DNA of 64,000 nucleotides, from NCBI GenBank assembly GCA_019828565.1, contig JAHDYR010000035.1:62001-126000 (forward strand). The letters run 5' to 3'. Each line of letters begins with the position of its first letter. The stretch's first letter is position 1. Under the pieces are notes generated by a model. The model was given only the letters and a program-made list of their open reading frames with translations, searched no databases and was not told the DNA's origin. This stretch comes from Carpediemonas membranifera BICM. Taxonomy: Eukaryota > Protista > Fornicata. The translations under genes were made by a program, and so were the position numbers. Shown piece after piece: positions 56,498 to 64,000 of the stretch.

Positions 56498-57028
56498 TCA
56501 AAGGTCCTTGGACATCCGGATAAGGGTCTCAAAGGCAGGGTGATCCACGGCAGCCTCTTGCATCAACTCCTGTAGCTCGGGTAGGTCCAAGTCACGTAGG
56601 TCTGCGACATACGATCCCAGCCGGCAGAGAGCAACGACCAGGGCGAGCTGGCGGTGTGACTCGGCAATGTCGTACTTCAGAGCTCTCGTGAGCTTGTCGT
56701 ACTCCTCTTTAGTCAGCACCTGGCGTGCCGGAAGCGTGTGAGTCCTTATCCTGCAAATTAGGTCGGTTTCGGCACCAGCAGTGCGAAGAAGGCGAACGAG
56801 AGCCTTTTGAGGCATCGAGATGGACTTGTACCGTCCAAAACGGCGACAGAAGGACAGAGAGTCCAGAAACTGTTCGAATACGTCACTATTTTGTCGGATC
56901 TCTGTGCAAATAACAACATCAGCATCCTCGTCGTCGCATTCAAGGTAAACGCACAGTTTTTGATATGTCTGCTTGTATTGTTCCTTCGTAGAGCGCTTCA
57001 GTCCCTCTAGAGCGTGCTTCAGCAGCAT
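56498..57028 (-). CDS. Truncated, degenerate tyrosine-recombinase-like protein
   Basis: LKRSTKEQYKQTYQKL (SAM-like); VLTKEEYDKL..RQLALVVALCRLGSYVADLRDL (box-I-like, no Arg). Confidence 0.45.
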   Translation of the reverse strand: MLLKHALEGLKRSTKEQYKQTYQKLCVYLECDDEDADVVICTEIRQNSDVFEQFLDSLSFCRRFGRYKSISMPQKALVRLLRTAGAETDLICRIRTHTLPARQVLTKEEYDKLTRALKYDIAESHRQLALVVALCRLGSYVADLRDLDLPELQELMQEAAVDHPAFETLIRMSKDL

Positions 57029-58653
57029 TTCGATCGAGATTAAAAATCACCTGAATTCTAGCTCTGTTCTGGCCGCTGCAGGCACCGCTGGGCGCAATAG
57101 AGCTCGGAGCGTCATTGTCTGCCAAAAAGACCTATTTGCTCCCGGTGAAAATTGAACCCACGATCAGGAGACTGGGTAGCAAAGACTCTTCCCTCTATGC
57201 CATGACTTATGGGAAATCCGCCCTTATTAATCTCCCTGCAGGCAATATAGTCCATTTTGGAGGTATGAGCGACTGGGAGGGGGAGTTTGGGGGACATTTA
57301 CGGTATGACTGGAGTCTACTCGGGCAGACTATTATAACGAGGCTCAGATCAGACCTCTACGGCAGCTATACGAGGAGAAACGAGCCACTCAGCGTGCTAG
57401 CGGCCCATGGCCGCAGCAGCGCCCAGCCAAGCTCAGCTATAGGGTCACCTGAGGCCCCAAATGACGTGCTGATCAGGTCGACTCCCATCTATTGACTTGG
57501 TAATTGCAGTGGTCGTCTGAACGCGATGTCCTAATAACCGACTTGCTCGGAGCGGTTCGGCGATGACTCCGTTGTATTCCACGCCTTCTTCTGATGCCGA
57601 AACATGCAGTTCTTTAGAGTCAACGCGCGTCCTGTGTGGTCTCTTATGACAAAAGAACTTTAGTGGTCAAAGGGGATTCGACACCCCTGTGTCGAATCCC
57701 GGGATATAAATATCATATCTTCCTCCCAGGGGTCCCTATACTCCTTGGTAAGGGATACCGAACCGACACTTCCCCCCCCATGCCCGCATGGGCATCACTT
57801 GCGGGGCGTGCCGCCCGAAAATTCCGTGTCGCGTCACGACATCAGTACGAACGGCACTGCCTGTCATGGTTCTGGAAGCCGCCAATGCCAGTGAGAGCTG
57901 GTCATCCGGTACCGTTGCGGGGACGTTCTTACGTCTCTCGCCGGGGTCCGTAGCTCAACCCATGGGTTGGCCGGAGTGTGCCAGGGTATCTGATCCCTCT
58001 AGGGGGTCAACCCTGGGACACAGTCCGTCGCATGATGCCGCAGCAAAGCATGCCGGTAACAATCTGTGTAACCTGGTCAAAGTACTTCCCTAAGGGCTCA
58101 TCCCCACCGAGTGACTGTCAATCGAAACGGAATCAGGGTCGCCAAACCCCGTCATCTAGCTGGCTGGGCTAGCCGTGTTCAACGGTAGGTCGGCGGTTCT
58201 GCCAACGGGAAACAATGGTATTGAGCATGCTCTGTGTAAGACTTGGGTACGTACTAAGCTTCTAGCGCCCTTCTGGATCAAATCTGGAAATATATATCTC
58301 CTTTCATGTAAACCGTAAATCGATGAGCACAATGAATGCGAGAATCGAATACTGGGCAGTAAGTTCCCTTCATTCTATCTAACACACAGTACGGTGCTCA
58401 AAAATGGCCTCTAGAGGCCTCAACGAGGCCTCAATCGCGAGTTCTGGCCTTTTTGAGTTTTCATTGGCCATCGAGCAACCAATACAACTAACAACATCAG
58501 TACGAGGGAAAACAAGGCGTTTCGGGGCTGTTGTGGAGTAAATAGAAGTGTTTGGCGCTGCCATTTGGTCTCTAAATCGTTCGGTTCGATGAATTAGGCG
58601 AATCATGGCCAAAAACGGGGAAGTTTCGCTACCGGTCGAATTCGAGGCCGCAG

Positions 58654-59693
58654 GTGGCGGCCCCGGTCTCAGCCGCAGGCAAAGACCTAAAAATTCCAAC
58701 CGACACACAATTGGCGCTCAATGAGCCAAATAGAGCATTTCTTCAACGTCCTTCTGCACTTTACACGGATATCATTCACAAATTTGGCCTAGTTGGCGCC
58801 CTCACGTCCCTCAATGATCGATCTTCACCATTTTGTAAGTTCTTCGCGCCATACGGCGTAACCGCTGCTCGTCAAGCCAAAACACTACAACGTTACATTC
58901 CCCTTTATATTTCCACTCGTTCCTCCGTGATTCAGCGACCTCTGGTGAACTTCACCTCCCACTGTCGTTTCGCCGCCGACGCTTTTACGGCCGCCACATA
59001 CGGCTTTCAGGCTTCGAAGGAGCGGAGGGAGTAGGCCTCGAGTCTGAGCCCGAGAGCCCCATCGCTGGCGAGCCTGAAAGCTTCGCCGATTACGTTGACA
59101 TCTTATGGCGCCACTACCATAACTTCATAGATGGATCTGATGAACTCGTGTGGCGTCTGGGGGAGGGTACCCTGAACGAGGCAGGTAGCCACCCCGGAAA
59201 CTTCCGGGCTGCCTGGCAGCTGTCGCGTGTGGCCACGACCCTTCGCACCTGGGCCAGTCGCGGACACATCGCACGAGACAACGACCGTCTGATCGCTAGT
59301 CGGTTCTTAAAAGCCTACCTCGGGCTCACCCGCCTTTGGGCTACCGCCCGCTGCCCCGACGGTTGGGGTATACCTCACACTACGCCTGACATCGTATGGC
59401 GCGCCGTGATGCAGGGCGCTCATCCGGCCCTGCACCGGCTCTTGGTCGGCGCCGAGGCCCACGGCCTCATGGTCGAATACGGCCAGGCCTTCGTGTCGGT
59501 AAGCCGACACGAGATCGAGAAGGCGTGGGTCAGGCACTCAGGGGCCCCGACCGTGGACGCCCGCTTGGACTGTGCTCTGGCTGGACTTGAACTCGAGTTT
59601 CCGGCTGATCTAGGCCTGTTCTACGGGGAGGACGTGACGTTGGAGACCCTGCTCACGCTCCAGCCCTCCGATCCTGGGCGGCCAAACATCTGA
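58654..59693 (+). CDS. Unknown protein, probably one frameshifted gene
   Basis: Two co-oriented frames joinable near 59025; GC-rich third positions; no motif recognised. Confidence 0.35.
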
Positions 59694-59890
59694 GGCGGGT
59701 GGTGCCGTTGCCCTGGTCGACAGAGTTGTAGGTGTTGAGTCACCTTACGGCACCGGGGGCGAGGCCTCTAGTCAGGATACCTCGGCACCCACGCAACCGA
59801 GCTCGAGCTCGGACAGCAGCCCTGCTGCTGTCATCAGGGCCACCTTTGACGAGTGGGTCCCCGACGCCATGCGCGCCGACCACTGGACCA

Positions 59891-62800
59891 GAAAGAAAGA
59901 AAATTTATGGTGCCTGGTATCGGGCCCCGGTTACTTAGGCTGATCTCCCTTATTACTGGAGCCGAGTTCCCCGGGGCGCTGCCTCCTCCCTGCGATTGAA
60001 CTTGTCAGCTGCGTCCAACGAGCGATTCGGTGCTACTGCTTCCGCTCACTCCCGATTTCACTTCCCCCCATAGGCCTTCGCCATCTCCGTGCGCTGCGCG
60101 CTTTCCTGTCTCCCTGTAAACCCGGCAGCTTCCAGGGAGCCTGGGGGTCTGTCCTCGGTGCTTCCACAGGCAGTTTTGTCCTGCAAGACCTTCTCTATAG
60201 CACTCCCTGATTCCCTGCAGTCCCTACGGGGTCGTTCAAGCATGGCACCCTCTCATCTTTCCAGATTCCCTGTTCAGTGCCCCCACGACCCTGTTAAGTG
60301 GCCTACCCGTGGGCGGGGAAAGCAACTAAGTCCCTCTCATCTACCCCTGTTAGGCGGCGTGGGCTAGGGCTAACACAGACTCTAGATCTGCAAGGCCTAG
60401 TACCCCTTATGATAGTTCTCTTGTGCTACACTTCCCAGCGTCCCTCTATCGTTCACAAGGGCGGCGGGGACGTCATGTCCCCCGTATCCCATGCTCAGTC
60501 CCTGCAGTTTCCTTAGGTTCACCGCGAGTGGTGCAACCATCCAATTGATGGATTTCCTCTGTCCCTGGCCCTGCCCTCTCCCTGGGAAACATGGGGGGTC
60601 TCCCCTTGATCCCAGAGTCTATGCTTCCCTGCCCCCTTTCTGGATGTGGTGTTCCTTATCTATCCATCTATTCTATAGCTATCATAGACCTTTGCCAGGG
60701 CTCTCAGCCCAGCTCGCAGTCCTTCCCATATCTCTTCCGACCCTGTTAACACTAGTTGTTGCACCTCTAAGATTGGCCTCTTCTCATACCACCCATTCGG
60801 GCCTCTTCTGACTTGCAATTCCCTGGTCCTCTCCTTAGCTGTCTTCCATATCTTTTCCCAGTCATCTCCTCTTTCAACCTCTGGGCACTCACACATAATG
60901 TGGGCCGCCGATCCCAGCGGCTGACCCCTTACCCACTCCCTGATTAGTGCCTGCTTCCTGGCTTGGTTTGGCTGCTCTCTCGCTATTTGCCACAGTAACT
61001 CTATCTCGCTCTCCTTTGTGCACAGGGGGCACCTCCTTTGTATCTTGTGTTTGAGTTCCTCACCCATCGCCAGGTCCGCCAGCGCTCGCTCTGGGCCTTC
61101 TCCCCTTTCCGCTGATGATGGAGACGGGCTGACATTCGCTGCCACCGACACTATCCTTTTCCACTCTGCCCTTGACTGCCACTTCCCTGTCTTCCTACTT
61201 ATGGCCGGTTTCCCCGCCATGCACTTTCCCATACGTTTGGGTCCTAGGACTTCCATGAGCCCCACCGCTGTCTTGCTCTTGCACCTCCTGGTCCAGTTCA
61301 TTCTTACCATCTCCCTACCAAAGTCTATCTTCCCTGCATTCGTTGCTCCCTCTCTTGTTCCTCTGAGGAGTGCGTTCACTGAGTCCCTGGCTTTCCACAT
61401 AATCGATCCCTCCTTCCAGACCCTGTCTCTGATTGGTATATCCTGGCCCCTGCTTGTCACGATCCTCTTGACTGCTAGAATCTCCAGGTGGGCTTGCAGG
61501 TCCATCCATCCGTTCAAGATGCGCATGACCGAGCCCCCACCTGGGCCTGTTCCGGCCATGATGCCCTGCCAATCCGTCCATATCTTGTTCCCCCCTGCTG
61601 CGTAGCCCCACACCTCCACTCCAAACATTATCCTCGGCCATATGTAAACTTCGAGGAGGATCCTGCTGGCTAGCGCCGGCATGTTGCCTCTGGTCCATCC
61701 CACTCTTCTCACTAGCTTCTTGTACCTTTCGCTCTGCTCCCGCTTCTTTCTGATACAGGCTGCCAGTGGGTCTTTTCCGCTGGCTATCCAGAGACCTAGG
61801 TACTTAGCTTCCTCTTTTGCCATTAGGGTAACTCCCCCCACTCTCGCCACTGCTGCCCTGTCTACACTGATCATCTCACTCTTTTGTGCATTTGCCCTCA
61901 TGAGGTGCTCCTTGATAACTTCTATGACTAGGTTCGCCACTATCTTACTCTTTTCCGGTGTCTCCCCTGTGACCGCTGTATCGTCCACGAACATGGTTAG
62001 GGTGGCCGGCAGCGTGTCCCGGACTCTTGGTAACTCCGTTGGTGGTTCCCTGATATCGTACTCTTGTCCCTGATGCTTCTTCCTGACCAGGTGAGGCCAG
62101 TTTGCCATGAACAAAACGAACAGGGTCGGCGCTAGGACACATCCTTGCTTCACTCCCCTGTTTGTTCTCTCCCATGACCCTGCCCCCTTCACCGAGATCC
62201 ATGTCTCTTCTAGTGTACTCTGTATTGCCCTGATGAGGTGGTCTTCGACCCCCATTCCCTGCAGCTTATCCATGAGGATGTCCCTCGGGACGGTGTCATA
62301 GGCTTTCTCTATGTCTAGGAAGATCGACGTGGTCTCCCCCCCTTCCTGGTGTCTCTGCACGATGTATTGTATCTGTTGTATTACGTCCTTATCCGATTGG
62401 AACCCCTGCTTGCTCTCTTGGGATGAGGTGCCATGTGGCTGCTTCTAATCTTCTCTTCAGGAGCCTACCATACACCCTATACAGTAGTGGTGTTAGCGAG
62501 ATGGGTCTGTACGACTCCGGCTTCACTCTGGGCTTCCCTGTCTTGTGGATGGCCGAGACTGTAGCATACTTCCATGTTGTCGGGATCTTGCCCTCCCTGT
62601 ATACCCTGTTCATGAGCCTAGTTATCTGAGCGATCCCCTGGTCATCTGTGTCCCTGAGCATGTCCCCTGTAGTGTGGTCCGGTCCCGGTGCAGTGTCCCT
62701 CTTTATCCTTCTGATCGCTTCTCGTATTTCTCTCTCCTTAAATTCGTCCTCCCTCTTTCCATTGCCTCTATCCTTCCACTCCGGTTCCCTGCCCCTGCTC

Positions 62801-64000
62801 ACTCCCTGCATACTGTTGTAGGAGGATCTTACCTATTTCTTCCTTGTTGGTGGTAATCTTCCCGTCCTTCAGTATGCTCTCTGGCATGCCCTTGAACTGG
62901 TTTTCACACCACCATCTTCTTACCGCTGCTTCCACCATGGACCTGGATGCTTTGTATCCTTCCTTCGCGCTCCCGCTGAGGTCCTGGATCCACTCTTCCC
63001 TGCGTTTTCCCCCAGAAGGCCTGTAGCTCACGCTTCATGATCTCACTTCTGGTCTTGTTTCCCTCTTCTGTCCATGGTGTGTGCCGGAGTTCCGACCACA
63101 CCTTTTCTTTGATGACCTCTTCCCTGTCTCCACTGCCTGGGTGACCTGACGGCTCGCCCATATCCTTCCTGATATCCTCCTCCCACTCATCCAGGCTCTT
63201 AAAACGGTGCAGTCTTCTGACTGATGTGCGTTCAGCCTTCTTCCTCATGTTCCACACTCTGACGCCCGGTATGTCTAGGACTTCCTCTCTCTTTGTAGTC
63301 CGTTGGATCCGTTGTTCCCTCCATTCCAGTCTTATCATGTTGTGGGCTGACCCCCAGACTCCGAGTCGACTAGCATCCAGTACTTCTATCCTTGCTCCTC
63401 TGATCCCTGATGATACCAGCGCGAAGTCCGGAGTGGTAGTTCCCTTGGTGAGGGTACCTTCCATGGGGATCACTGCTCCCAGCTTATAGTCCCTGATCAG
63501 GTCCTTCCATCTTGCCATTGTGGCTATCCTTCTGGGGTCGAGGTTCCAGTCCCCTATGATGATTGTTTCCATCTCTCCTTTCATCTCCAGAATGCTCCTT
63601 ATTCCGTCCCTGAACTCGTCCTTCTCCTCCCTTCCGTGGCCGACCGGTGGGCCATACACGTTGATCACCAGGATGTCCCTATGGGTTCTGAGTATGCTCA
63701 CCTGTATCCTCCCTGATAAGCTATCTGTGATGCCTACGTCCCAGCTCCCTCTTGCTCTTGGGTTGATGATTGTGCCCACTCCTTCTCTAGTACCCCTCGT
63801 CCTGGGCGTCCGGCTACTGCTCCCTGCTATGCCCAGCTGGGCATCTATTCGGCGCTGGCTTTGGGCTTCTTTCTTCCTCCTCTCGTTGTCCATAGCAAGC
63901 TCCTCCTCTGTTTCCTTCCCTGCCATTGCGTAGTCGAAGTCTATGAAGTTGTGTACCCTCGTATTCGCCGTCCTCCACGTTTCTTGGATGCATACTGCAT
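59891..64000 (-). mobile_element. Second copy of the LINE (ORF2 and 3' UTR), continuing beyond the window
   Basis: Near-identical reverse complement of about 22220-26328; GAAA tail at 59891. Confidence 0.97.
60660..64000 (-). CDS. LINE copy 2 ORF2 (APE-RT-CCHC), frameshifts near 63005, 62805 and 62405
   Basis: Same protein as 22108-25557, broken at different positions. Confidence 0.93.

Overview
Eukaryotic, transposon-saturated window with almost no ordinary host genes. Stop codons overlapping AGTAAA/AATAAA, very short UTRs and few obvious introns suggest a protist, possibly a metamonad (inference). Contents: (1) Three chromodomain-bearing Ty3/Gypsy elements, plus the gag and tRNA PBS of a fourth. 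The two complete ones (143-4825, 46550-50908) have tiny identical LTRs (57 and 82 bp), 4-bp TSDs and a 12-nt palindrome where the tRNA primer-binding site should be. (2) A full-length 8.2-kb APE-RT non-LTR retrotransposon (18092-26331, 19-bp TSD, TTTC tail). Its ORF1 carries a Maelstrom/arenavirus-NP-like DEDDh nuclease, and it contains an antisense DIRS fragment. A second copy runs off the right edge. (3) A candidate giant TIR DNA transposon (9163-33613) with a Chapaev/Transib-like DDE transposase and cargo genes: PHD fingers, HEPN, kinase, degenerate tyrosine recombinase and two OTU domains. (4) A co-oriented array of 4-5 different DIRS/PAT-type tyrosine-recombinase retrotransposons (36073-55270) around a tRNA-Gly(GCC). 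(5) A foldback-like minisatellite/hairpin structure at 6.1-7.4 kb. Most frameshifts fall in homopolymers and are probably long-read errors. All protein assignments come from reading motifs by eye; no searches were run.
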